DNA of 64,000 nt, from contig MHMM01000004.1 in the NCBI GenBank assembly GCA_001821555.1, positions 47,525 to 111,524 on the forward strand, given 5' to 3'. The notes below the pieces were generated by a model. The model saw only the letters and a program-made list of their open reading frames with translations. It did not search any database and was not told the DNA's origin. This stretch comes from Candidatus Nealsonbacteria bacterium RIFOXYB1_FULL_40_15. GTDB taxonomy: Bacteria > Patescibacteriota > Minisyncoccia > Minisyncoccales > GWA2-38-27. A program made the translations under genes and the position numbers. Every line of letters starts with the position of its first letter. The first letter of the stretch is position 1. Below are positions 9,187 to 17,575 of this stretch, piece after piece.

Positions 9187-10813
9187 AATAGTCAGGAGGA
9201 ATTGAATAATAATCTATGATATATTTTGCCATTTCCTTAAAGACAGGAGCTGCAGAATATTCAGCCGTGCTGGTTTCGGGATTATCAAGTTTTACAAGCA
9301 TTAATATTTTCGGATCAAAAGCAGGAAAAAAACCTATAAAACTCTGCCATGTTTTATCAGAATATCCTTTTTTATCTACCCCCAACGCACTCCAAGGAAC
9401 CTGTGCAGTTCCTGTTTTGCCAGCAATGTAATAGCCGTCTATTTTAACTGATTTTGAAAAGCCGTTCTCTACTACGCTCACCATCATTGCTGATACCTTT
9501 GAGGCCGTACCGGGAGAAATTATCTGGCCTGAAATTTCGGGCTTTATTTCTTCTTCTCCTACTTTCCAGGCAACATAGGGTCTCGCAGTTTTTCCTTCGT
9601 TAGCGATTGCAGAAAAAGCTCTTACCAGTTGAATTGGGGTTATTTCTATGCCCTGGCCAAATGATGCTGTGGCAAAATCAATATCTGATCCTGTTCTTAA
9701 CTTCTTGTTTTCAGAATAAGATTCTCCCTGAAGATCTATTCCTGTTTTTTCAAAAAATCCAAATCTGGAAAGATAATCAAAAAAAGAATCGTGGCCTGTT
9801 TGTCTTTCAGCAAAAACAGCTCCTGTGTTTATAGACATTTCTAAGACTTCGGTCATAGTCCTTTCCCCGAAAACCCTCTTGCCAAAATTTTCTATAGTCC
9901 TGTCCCCTATCTTTACAAAGCCCGGGTCGTTGAATTTTGTTTCTGGAGAAATACTCCCCGAATCTATGGCAGAGGCCAGAGTCAGGGGTTTCATTGTGGA
10001 TCCCGGTTCATAAAGCTTTTGGACCGAGCTATTTTGAAAATCTTCAAGCTTTTCTACTTTTCCATAATAGTTGGCGTCAAAAGCGGGGAATTCGGCCATT
10101 GCCAGCACTTTCCCGGTGGAAGGCTCAATAATTATAATTTGTCCGCCCTCTGAAGACAGATTCTCCTGTGATTTTTTGAGAAGAAGCTCTGCCATATACT
10201 GAATGTTGTAGTCTATTGTAAGATATATGTCTTTTCCGTCAGCCCAGGATGAGTTTTTAAAAAATCCTTTAACTTCCTCCTTTCCTTGCAGATCTTTATC
10301 ATAAAATCCCTCTATTCCATACTGCCCAGATTCTTCGCCCCCAACAAACCCTATAACCTTGGAAGCAATGCTCCCCAAAGGATATCCTCTAAGAAGATTA
10401 TCCGTTATATGGATTCCATCTAAACCCATTTCCTTTATTTTTCTCTCCTGTTCTTCTGACATGCTGTTTGATATTTTCTCAATCAAAGTATCCCTGCTGA
10501 TTTTTTCTAAAATAGATTCTTTGTCCTGGCCCAAGATAAAAGAAATGCTTTCGGAAACGGAGTCTTTGTTTTTAATATCTTGCGGGTAAATAAAAATCTG
10601 CTTTGTCTTCACATTTATTCCGGCCATCTGCCCCCCCGAAAAGAAAATCCGCCCCCTCTCCCCTTTTACCGGCTTATAAAGTCCTTGCTGGCCCTGGGCT
10701 AGAGCCCTGTAAAGATCATGATGAACTATTTGAAGATAAGCCAAGCGGTATATTATTACCGCTCCTATAAGAAGAAGAAAGAGAAAAACAATGTTAATTT
10801 TCCAGTTCCTCAT
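9185..10813 (-). CDS. ftsI: Class B penicillin-binding protein (FtsI-like)
   Basis: EPGSTMK (SxxK), SIN, KTGTAQ motifs; position after mraZ-rsmH-ftsL. Confidence 0.88.
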   Translation of the reverse strand: MRNWKINIVFLFLLLIGAVIIYRLAYLQIVHHDLYRALAQGQQGLYKPVKGERGRIFFSGGQMAGINVKTKQIFIYPQDIKNKDSVSESISFILGQDKESILEKISRDTLIEKISNSMSEEQERKIKEMGLDGIHITDNLLRGYPLGSIASKVIGFVGGEESGQYGIEGFYDKDLQGKEEVKGFFKNSSWADGKDIYLTIDYNIQYMAELLLKKSQENLSSEGGQIIIIEPSTGKVLAMAEFPAFDANYYGKVEKLEDFQNSSVQKLYEPGSTMKPLTLASAIDSGSISPETKFNDPGFVKIGDRTIENFGKRVFGERTMTEVLEMSINTGAVFAERQTGHDSFFDYLSRFGFFEKTGIDLQGESYSENKKLRTGSDIDFATASFGQGIEITPIQLVRAFSAIANEGKTARPYVAWKVGEEEIKPEISGQIISPGTASKVSAMMVSVVENGFSKSVKIDGYYIAGKTGTAQVPWSALGVDKKGYSDKTWQSFIGFFPAFDPKILMLVKLDNPETSTAEYSAAPVFKEMAKYIIDYYSIPPDY

Positions 10814-11126
10814 CAGACACGTAATTGATCACAACCCTGCTATCCATTACCCTTATATACTCCACTTGTTTTACTTTTTGAAATCCCATCCTGCCCGCCT
10901 GCTCTATGGCTTTGTCCAAAGAATAGGCCTGCCCGGAAGCAAGCTCAAGTTCTTTGTTCTCCTTTGACAGTTTTGATATTTTTTTAGAACAATCTTCTGC
11001 TGAAAATCTAGCCGATGTTTCTTCGTTAATCTGGAGGATATAAAGAAAAGCAAGGGCAAAGAATATGATTACGGAAAAAACCCAAAAACCCTTGGATAGA
11101 AATGGATTTTTAGGCATTTTTTTCAT
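10794..11126 (-). CDS. FtsL-like cell division protein
   Basis: TM plus coiled coil; lies between rsmH and ftsI. Confidence 0.7.
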   Translation of the reverse strand: MKKMPKNPFLSKGFWVFSVIIFFALAFLYILQINEETSARFSAEDCSKKISKLSKENKELELASGQAYSLDKAIEQAGRMGFQKVKQVEYIRVMDSRVVINYVSDEELEN

Positions 11127-11965
11127 AATTTTATTCCTACTCTTAATTTTGCGCTTTTAGCGCGCCTGTTTTCTTTTAATTCTTCTTCAGAGGATGTAAC
11201 TGGTTTTTTGGTTAAGACTCTGAAATTATTTTTAAAGAAATTCTTTACTATTCTATCTTCTAGAGAATGAAAGGAAATTACTACCAGTCTTCCGTTTTTA
11301 TCCAGTATCTCCCCTGCTTGCTCAAGCCCCTTCTTTAAATTATTTAATTCGTCGTTTACTGCGATCCTCAAGGATTGAAATGTTCTTTTCGCAACATGCT
11401 GTTCTCTAAATTTATAACTCTTGGGAAAAGATCTTTTTACTGTTTCGGCCAATTCTAGCGTGTCTCTAATGGGCCTTGATTCCACTATCTTTCTGGCTAT
11501 TCTCCCGGAGAATCTTTCTTCTCCGTATTCTTTTAAAATCTCTGCTATCTCTTTTTCATTCCAATAATTTACTATTTCGTGCGCGGTTAGCTCCGAATTT
11601 TGGCTAAACCTCATATCTAGGGGCTCTTTCCTCAAAAAACTGAATCCCCTGCCGGAACCCTCTAAATCCCATGAAGATATTCCAAGATCAAAGAGTATTC
11701 CGGACACATTTTTGAAATTATGCTTTTCAACGATCTTCTTTAAATTAGCGTATGAATCGTTTTCAAGAATCATCCTTTCAGAAGGCCTTATCTTCTCAAA
11801 AACTTCTCTGTCCCATTCTATTCCTAATAATTTCCCTTCAGGAGCCGTTTTCTCCAAGATTGCATTTGCGTGGCCAGAAAGTCCTATAGTGCAATCTATA
11901 AAATGCTGGCTCGGCTTAGGATCAAGATATTCCAATACTTCTTTTTTCATTACCGGAATGTGCAT
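11123..11965 (-). CDS. rsmH: 16S rRNA m4C1402 methyltransferase
   Basis: HIPVM, DLGISS, PLDMR, ISFHSLEDR, SAKLR motifs. Confidence 0.97.
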   Translation of the reverse strand: MHIPVMKKEVLEYLDPKPSQHFIDCTIGLSGHANAILEKTAPEGKLLGIEWDREVFEKIRPSERMILENDSYANLKKIVEKHNFKNVSGILFDLGISSWDLEGSGRGFSFLRKEPLDMRFSQNSELTAHEIVNYWNEKEIAEILKEYGEERFSGRIARKIVESRPIRDTLELAETVKRSFPKSYKFREQHVAKRTFQSLRIAVNDELNNLKKGLEQAGEILDKNGRLVVISFHSLEDRIVKNFFKNNFRVLTKKPVTSSEEELKENRRAKSAKLRVGIKL

Positions 11966-11972
11966 GCCCTTA

Positions 11973-12083
11973 AACTTTCCAATAAATTACTTTGCGAGAC
12001 TTTTCGCAGGACGACGGTCCGAGGCAAAGCGATTCGCCAGCAGGCGAAGACACGCGTTGAGCAAAGTATTTTATTGGAAAGTT
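11973..12083. mobile_element. MITE-like palindromic insertion filling the mraZ-rsmH spacer
   Basis: 23-bp terminal inverted repeat (22/23 match) enclosing a GC-rich core with two small hairpins. Confidence 0.6.
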
Positions 12084-12085
12084 CA

Positions 12086-12517
12086 TCATATTCCTAGCTC
12101 GGGAAGGTTCTCTGCCAGCTTATCTATATTCTTTTCGTTTCCAGACTTATACCCCTGCCACTTTTCTGAATCCCATATTTCAAGCTTGTCTGACAGTCCG
12201 CAGACAACAATCTCTTTTTTAAGCCCTGCGTATTGCTTAAGATAATCAGGGATCAATACTCTTCCAAGCTTGTCCAATTCAACTTCAGCGGCTCCCCCCA
12301 ATATGAATCTTGAAAACATTCTTCCTTCTGCCCTGTTGCTTGAAATCTTTTTCATTTCTTCCATAACCTGCCCCCACTTACCCTTAGAATAAACAACAAG
12401 GCAGTTGTCAAAACCCCTCGTGACTATCACTTTTCCTCCTAATTCTTTTCTAAACTTGGCAGGAAGAGACAGTCTCTTCTTTTCGTCTATTGAATGGTTG
12501 TATTCTCCTATGAACAT
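12086..12517 (-). CDS. mraZ: Division/cell wall cluster repressor MraZ
   Basis: MFIGEYNHSIDEKKRLSLP...DKLGRVLIP...LEIW; 143 aa from the ATG at 12517. Confidence 0.96.
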   Translation of the reverse strand: MFIGEYNHSIDEKKRLSLPAKFRKELGGKVIVTRGFDNCLVVYSKGKWGQVMEEMKKISSNRAEGRMFSRFILGGAAEVELDKLGRVLIPDYLKQYAGLKKEIVVCGLSDKLEIWDSEKWQGYKSGNEKNIDKLAENLPELGI

Positions 12518-12545
12518 TGAACTGATCGCTTTAGCGAGTGGTGAA

Positions 12546-12787
12546 ATCCCGCCCTCTAAGCTATTCTTTTGCGCAATCCCCTCCATGCGCTTCCATAATA
12601 CTTTAACTTTTTCTCTCTATCTCTTGCTATTTTCTCCGAAGAATATGCTTCGTAATACAAGAGATTAACTTCATTATTCTTTTTGTGCTCGGCAATACGT
12701 CTCTTTAAATCTTTGGTATAACCAATATAGAATTCCTTGTTTCTTTCCAGCACATATACACAATACATAGAGCATAGAGGGCGGGAT
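12546..12787. mobile_element. Inverted-repeat-bounded GIY-YIG cassette
   Basis: ATCCCGCCCTCTA(A/T)GCT inverted repeats at 12546-12562 and 12771-12787 (16/17) enclose the nuclease ORF. Confidence 0.7.
12556..12768 (-). CDS. Small GIY-YIG nuclease (UPF0213/SLX1-like), 70 aa
   Basis: VYVL...YIGYT.DLKRR..EH...YYEAY...RE..LK. Confidence 0.88.
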   Translation of the reverse strand: MYCVYVLERNKEFYIGYTKDLKRRIAEHKKNNEVNLLYYEAYSSEKIARDREKKLKYYGSAWRGLRKRIA

Positions 12788-12820
12788 AACTCTTCGCTCA
12801 CCATTGTTCGTTCGAGTTAT

Positions 12821-12932
12821 CCCCCATTTACTATAGTTTTCCCACCTTTTTCCACAATTATCCACTACGTATCCTTTATACCCCACTTAAGCCCACCCGG
12901 TCAACCCTTGCTTTATCCACCCTTTTTCCACA
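12821..12932 (-). promoter_or_regulatory. Putative MraZ operator array (GTGG repeats, ~10-bp period)
   Basis: CCAC recurring at about 10-bp spacing upstream of mraZ; MraZ is known to bind such repeats. Confidence 0.7.
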
Positions 12933-12978
12933 ACCAAAAAGCAGTCCAGATAAAGACTGCTTTTTATAATCGCAGGAC

Positions 12979-13884
12979 TTAGTTTGCCCCCAATCCCATT
13001 AAGGGAAGAAGAATTTGCTGAATTTCCTCCTGCCCTAAGAATTCATCGGGACCTTTTATATCAAACTCCTTGCCAAAGTCCGTAAAATCAATGTTTATGG
13101 ACATCAAGGTGCCCTCTTCGGCCGTCTGGCTTATCCTAACCCCCCTCAAAAGATAATCTTTCTTTCCTATAAAAAGGTCCATGTCAAATTTGTTGGCTGC
13201 TTCTGTTAATTTTGAATAATCCACAGGAATCATGTAGGAGCTCTCAAACACATCCCTTATTTTCTCTGCTCTAATCCCTGTGATCAAATGATAAGCTGAA
13301 ACTCCGTCTATCTTTTCGTCTTTTAATTCTTTTTTGACATAGAAAATGTCTTTTTCTGAAAAGATGTCTTCCAGCCCGGCTTGGCCTGAGGATTCTCCCG
13401 CTTTTATCCACTTGCCTTCAATAACGCTTAAATCAACAGGAATCGGAAGGGGCGGAATGTTATTTATTTTTAAGAAAACCCCCTCTTTGGAAACTAGGTA
13501 GTTTCCGGAAAGAGATATGCTTATTCCTTTAAAACTGCCAGAAAAATCAAATTTTCCGTCAAATTCAGCCAATTCGGGATCTGAACCATCTATATCTCCT
13601 TCCACTAAAACAGAAAACGACTGGTCTTTTTGGGATGCATTTGCTTCTATCTTTACAGAAGAAGTTAAAACATTGTCCATTTCTTGATTCATTCTGGACA
13701 TTATTTCTTCAGGACTCGGCCTGAAAGGATTCCATAAAGGATCCCATATTCTTGAAGCCAAAGCGATTCCTCCTGCCAAAACAATTATAATAACGGCAAG
13801 AACCGCTGATTTTGCCCATAAAGGAAACTTTTTCTTAGGTGGAGGAAGCTGTGCCGGCTGGCTTGGGAAAATATTGTTTTCCAT
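12979..13884 (-). CDS. Membrane-anchored protein, possible LppX/LprA-like (LolA-type) fold
   Basis: TM helix, then a beta-rich domain with GKWIK, E.IDG..AYH and DFGK..DI..P patterns. Confidence 0.6.
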   Translation of the reverse strand: MENNIFPSQPAQLPPPKKKFPLWAKSAVLAVIIIVLAGGIALASRIWDPLWNPFRPSPEEIMSRMNQEMDNVLTSSVKIEANASQKDQSFSVLVEGDIDGSDPELAEFDGKFDFSGSFKGISISLSGNYLVSKEGVFLKINNIPPLPIPVDLSVIEGKWIKAGESSGQAGLEDIFSEKDIFYVKKELKDEKIDGVSAYHLITGIRAEKIRDVFESSYMIPVDYSKLTEAANKFDMDLFIGKKDYLLRGVRISQTAEEGTLMSINIDFTDFGKEFDIKGPDEFLGQEEIQQILLPLMGLGAN

Positions 13885-13900
13885 AAATTAAATTTATTTA

Positions 13901-16447
13901 TTAATTTTTAATTATACTATTATTTACAATTAAATTGAAATCTTTCGGATTCATTTCTAATTTTGAGCCCCTTGAAAGATATCCTTTCAAAATGGCTTGG
14001 GCCAAAGGATTCTCTATTTTTTCCTGGACAACTCTTCTCATATGCCTGGCTCCAAAAACAGGATTATATCCTAATCTGGCTATTTCTTCTTTGAGTTCTT
14101 CTGTAATCACTATTTCAATTCCTTTGTTAAGCAGATTCTTTTTAAGCTTTCCGAGCATCAGCCCCGCTATGTCTTTTAGGTTTTCCTGGCTAAGGGGGGC
14201 AAAGACAACGAAAGCGTCAAACCTGTTCAGAAATTCCGGCCTGAATATCTTTTCCTGGAAAAGGAAATCAATCATCTTCTGCCTTATTCCCCCCCATTTC
14301 TCTTTTTCTTTTATTGATTTTAAGATAATTTCATATCCTGCGTTGCTGGTGGCGATAATTATGGTATTCCTAAAATCAACTTTCCTCCCCAGCCCATCTG
14401 TAATATGCCCTTCGTCAAAAACTTGTAAAAAGATATTGAGGATATTAGGATGAGACTTTTCTATCTCGTCCAAAAGAATCAATGAAAATGGCTTTTCTCT
14501 CACAGGACTTGTCAAAAGCCCCTGCTCCGAAGGAGATCCTATGAGTCTTGATATGTCTTTTGAATTTTGAAACTCTGACATATCAAGTCTAATCATATTG
14601 CTTTCGGACCCGAAGTATATTTCAGCTAAAGCTTTGGCGGTTTCTGTCTTGCCTACTCCCGTAGGACCTAAAAACAGGAATGCTCCCATAGGCCCCTGTC
14701 TTACTGTTATTTCAGCCCTCGCCCTCCTAAGAGCCGAAGAAACCTCCCTTACCGCTTCTTCTTGGTTTATAATCCTTTTGTGTATGAGATCTTCCAAGTT
14801 TATAAGAATGTCTTTTTCTTTTTGCTCTATTTCTCCGACAGGAATTTCTGATTTTTCAGAGACTATTCTTGAAACATGAGAAGGAAGAACTGCTTTCTCT
14901 TTCCTGCTTGCCACATAAACCACCGTTTCTCTCATAAGCTCTATAGCTTTTTCGGGAAATGAAAGAGAAGGAAAATATCTCTCCGAGAGAGAAACTGCTT
15001 CTCTTATTGAGGGATAGGGTATAAAAATATTATACTGCTGTTCTAGCAAAAGTGAAATATTTTGGAGAAGTGTAATTGTGTCTTTCCGTGATATTTCAGA
15101 AACTTCTACCTTTTCAAAAAGTGAAAGTATCCCGGGATTCTTTTCCATATTCCTATGAAGCCCCTCATAGTCTGCTATTGCTATAATCTTAAACCCCGAT
15201 AGCCTCAAATAAGGAGAAATCACTCCGGATATATCCATGATCCCAAGCCCCTGTTCTCTCCCGATATAGTCATGGATATTATCCAAAACCAAAATTATGT
15301 TTCCCGCGGTCAAAGATTCCTGGAATATCTTATCTAGTGCGACTTCCGTCTCCTCCACGGATTCTATCTGCGCTAAAAGAGAAGAAATATCCAACTCCAC
15401 CACTCTTTTGTAGTTTATTTCTTCCATGCTGCTGCCCAAAAGGCTTCTTTTGGCCAAATGGTAAACTATGCTTCTTCTTCCGGTGCCGGGATTTCCCACC
15501 AGCAACACATTATTATTCCCTTTTATAGAAAGTATTCTTTCAACCGAATTCAGCTCTTCTGAATGCCCCGCAAAATCTATGTTAGATTTCTTGATCTGCT
15601 CTGTTATATCTTCAGAATACCTGTCTAATGTAAGAGTAAATCCTGATGTCCAGTGTTTGGCCAAAGTTCCCCTCTTGGCAAGATTTTCATATTTCCAAAA
15701 AGATTTTCTTAATTTTTCCTTTTCTCTCAAACGCTCCATCCACAAAGATAAATCTTCAATATCTTCTGCTTTAAGATTATTCTGAATAAGCATCTCTTTA
15801 AATACTTTGTCTTCTTTGGCAAGACTGTAAAGGAGATCTCCAACATCACATTTTTCATGCCCGTGGATATGGGCCAGCTCCAAAGAATTCAAAATTGATT
15901 TTTTAAACTCCTCCGATTCTAGCGGCAAACCTTCTTTTATGACAGGGTAGCTCTTTGTTTCCCCCCTCACTGCATCCATAAATCCCTTATAATCCACCAG
16001 CAGTCTTGAAAAAAGAATTTTAAATTCCGGATTATTTTTTAAGATAAAATAAAGGATGTGAGTTGAGGTTATTTCTGGAGATCTGGCCGATTTCAAGGCA
16101 GAAAAAACAGCCCTGGCCGCCTCAAAACTAAAATAATCAGCTATATTGTAATGTTGTATATCTGACAGGGCTTCGTTTAGAGAACATGAAACCCGGGGAT
16201 TCTTTACTTTTTCTTCAAAGAAATAACTTTTTATAAGACAGATGAGATAAAAGGATAAAGAAATGAAAAGAATTCCCAAAATCTTCCTGTTCAAAGCATA
16301 CTCAAATCTTTGCAAAAAGAATCCGTATAGGAATAAGACAAACGACAAGGCCAGCAGAATCAGAAAGAGTTTTTTCAAAAAAAGAATTGCTCTGAAAATC
16401 TTTTCCATCCTTATGGCAAAATATATTCTGGAATTTTTAAAATTCAT
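13901..16447 (-). CDS. ClpA/B-family AAA+ ATPase with N-terminal transmembrane helices
   Basis: Two TM helices, Clp-N repeats, degenerate NBD1, intact NBD2 (GPTGVGKT, LLDEIEK, RPEFLNR, FGAR). Start set at the ATGA overlap. Confidence 0.9.
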   Translation of the reverse strand: MNFKNSRIYFAIRMEKIFRAILFLKKLFLILLALSFVLFLYGFFLQRFEYALNRKILGILFISLSFYLICLIKSYFFEEKVKNPRVSCSLNEALSDIQHYNIADYFSFEAARAVFSALKSARSPEITSTHILYFILKNNPEFKILFSRLLVDYKGFMDAVRGETKSYPVIKEGLPLESEEFKKSILNSLELAHIHGHEKCDVGDLLYSLAKEDKVFKEMLIQNNLKAEDIEDLSLWMERLREKEKLRKSFWKYENLAKRGTLAKHWTSGFTLTLDRYSEDITEQIKKSNIDFAGHSEELNSVERILSIKGNNNVLLVGNPGTGRRSIVYHLAKRSLLGSSMEEINYKRVVELDISSLLAQIESVEETEVALDKIFQESLTAGNIILVLDNIHDYIGREQGLGIMDISGVISPYLRLSGFKIIAIADYEGLHRNMEKNPGILSLFEKVEVSEISRKDTITLLQNISLLLEQQYNIFIPYPSIREAVSLSERYFPSLSFPEKAIELMRETVVYVASRKEKAVLPSHVSRIVSEKSEIPVGEIEQKEKDILINLEDLIHKRIINQEEAVREVSSALRRARAEITVRQGPMGAFLFLGPTGVGKTETAKALAEIYFGSESNMIRLDMSEFQNSKDISRLIGSPSEQGLLTSPVREKPFSLILLDEIEKSHPNILNIFLQVFDEGHITDGLGRKVDFRNTIIIATSNAGYEIILKSIKEKEKWGGIRQKMIDFLFQEKIFRPEFLNRFDAFVVFAPLSQENLKDIAGLMLGKLKKNLLNKGIEIVITEELKEEIARLGYNPVFGARHMRRVVQEKIENPLAQAILKGYLSRGSKLEMNPKDFNLIVNNSIIKN

Positions 16448-16821
16448 ATTAAAAGGCCGATGCCTAAAACTACTAGGATTATTATTAAAATGGGCAGTAG
16501 AATCCATAATGCAATAAGGATCACTCCTAAAAAAAAGATAAGAAGTTCTAATAATGATCCTGCGGCAATTGCTCCTATTCTTATAACCGCCCCTATGACC
16601 CTGGACATTACATTAAAAACTAGTGTCTCAAGATTTTCCCACACATTAAAAACGTTGCCATATCTGAAGCGATATTTTCGCCAAGGAGAAAAAAGAGTCC
16701 TCAAGAGAAAGGGCGCCGAAAAATAGTTAAGCCCGAACCAGAGAAAATTCTTCCAGACCGCGAAAAAACCCTTAAGCCGGTCTTTATAATACCAAGAAAA
16801 GAAATTTAACGACAAAGCCAT
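16444..16821 (-). CDS. Small membrane protein translationally coupled to the Clp ATPase
   Basis: NYFS..FLLRTLFSPWR motif, hydrophobic C-terminal half; ATGA overlap. Confidence 0.8.
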   Translation of the reverse strand: MALSLNFFSWYYKDRLKGFFAVWKNFLWFGLNYFSAPFLLRTLFSPWRKYRFRYGNVFNVWENLETLVFNVMSRVIGAVIRIGAIAAGSLLELLIFFLGVILIALWILLPILIIILVVLGIGLLI

Positions 16822-16936
16822 TTATATATTATACTATATCCAAAGAGCATGTAAAATATTTGACTTTTTTTAATAAAAAGGTTAAATTATCCCCAGTACC
16901 TAAAAACAAGAAGAATCCAATTTGAGAGGAAAGGCC

Positions 16937-17560
16937 ATGAATACAAGACTAAGAGAATGGGCGCGAAAAAACGCAGCTAACGTTGTGACTGTGGCAGGAT
17001 TAATATCTGCCTCAATTTTCTTGGCGCTCGCTCTTATCCAGCCGAATGAGCATCAAAAACAGCTATTTTGGGCAACAGTTGCCGCAGTTTCTGATTTTTG
17101 CGACGGGAGAATCGCAAGAAAATTCAATGCAGTGAGTGTTTTCGGCTCCTACATGGATCGGATTAAGGATCACCTTCTCATTTTCCCGGGAATTGTCATC
17201 CTCTTATTTTTCCATTGGGATAAAGTCTGGGTGCCGGAAATTCTTATCGGTTTCGTCGCTACTCTGATATTCTTTGAAATCAAAATAGCGCGGGTAGGAC
17301 TGATAGGATACCGGTGGTATATAAGAGGAAAAAAGATCGGAGAAAAGCTTCAGCCGGATAATGCCGGAAAGAAGAAGATCTTTACCGGATACATGGTCGT
17401 CCTTTTGTGGTTGATTTCTTTGAGCTTTCCGAAAATAGCTCCTTTCTTCTGGGCTATTATATATTTCGGATTGTCTCTGATGGCTTACTGGTCGCATATA
17501 AGCATATCAGAGTACTCTGAAAGAGAAAGAAATACTAGACTGAACACTGCCCCGCATTAA
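16937..17560 (+). CDS. CDP-alcohol phosphatidyltransferase family protein
   Basis: DFCDGRIARKFNAVSVFGSYMDRIKD = DxxDGxxAR...GxxxDxxxD. Confidence 0.9.
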   Translation: MNTRLREWARKNAANVVTVAGLISASIFLALALIQPNEHQKQLFWATVAAVSDFCDGRIARKFNAVSVFGSYMDRIKDHLLIFPGIVILLFFHWDKVWVPEILIGFVATLIFFEIKIARVGLIGYRWYIRGKKIGEKLQPDNAGKKKIFTGYMVVLLWLISLSFPKIAPFFWAIIYFGLSLMAYWSHISISEYSERERNTRLNTAPH

Positions 17561-17575
17561 AAACGGGGCTTTCTT

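Noticed and set aside
12821-12932. TTATCCAC/TTTTCCAC motifs as a DnaA-box cluster
   Set aside because: The ~10-bp CCAC periodicity upstream of mraZ is better explained as the MraZ operator.
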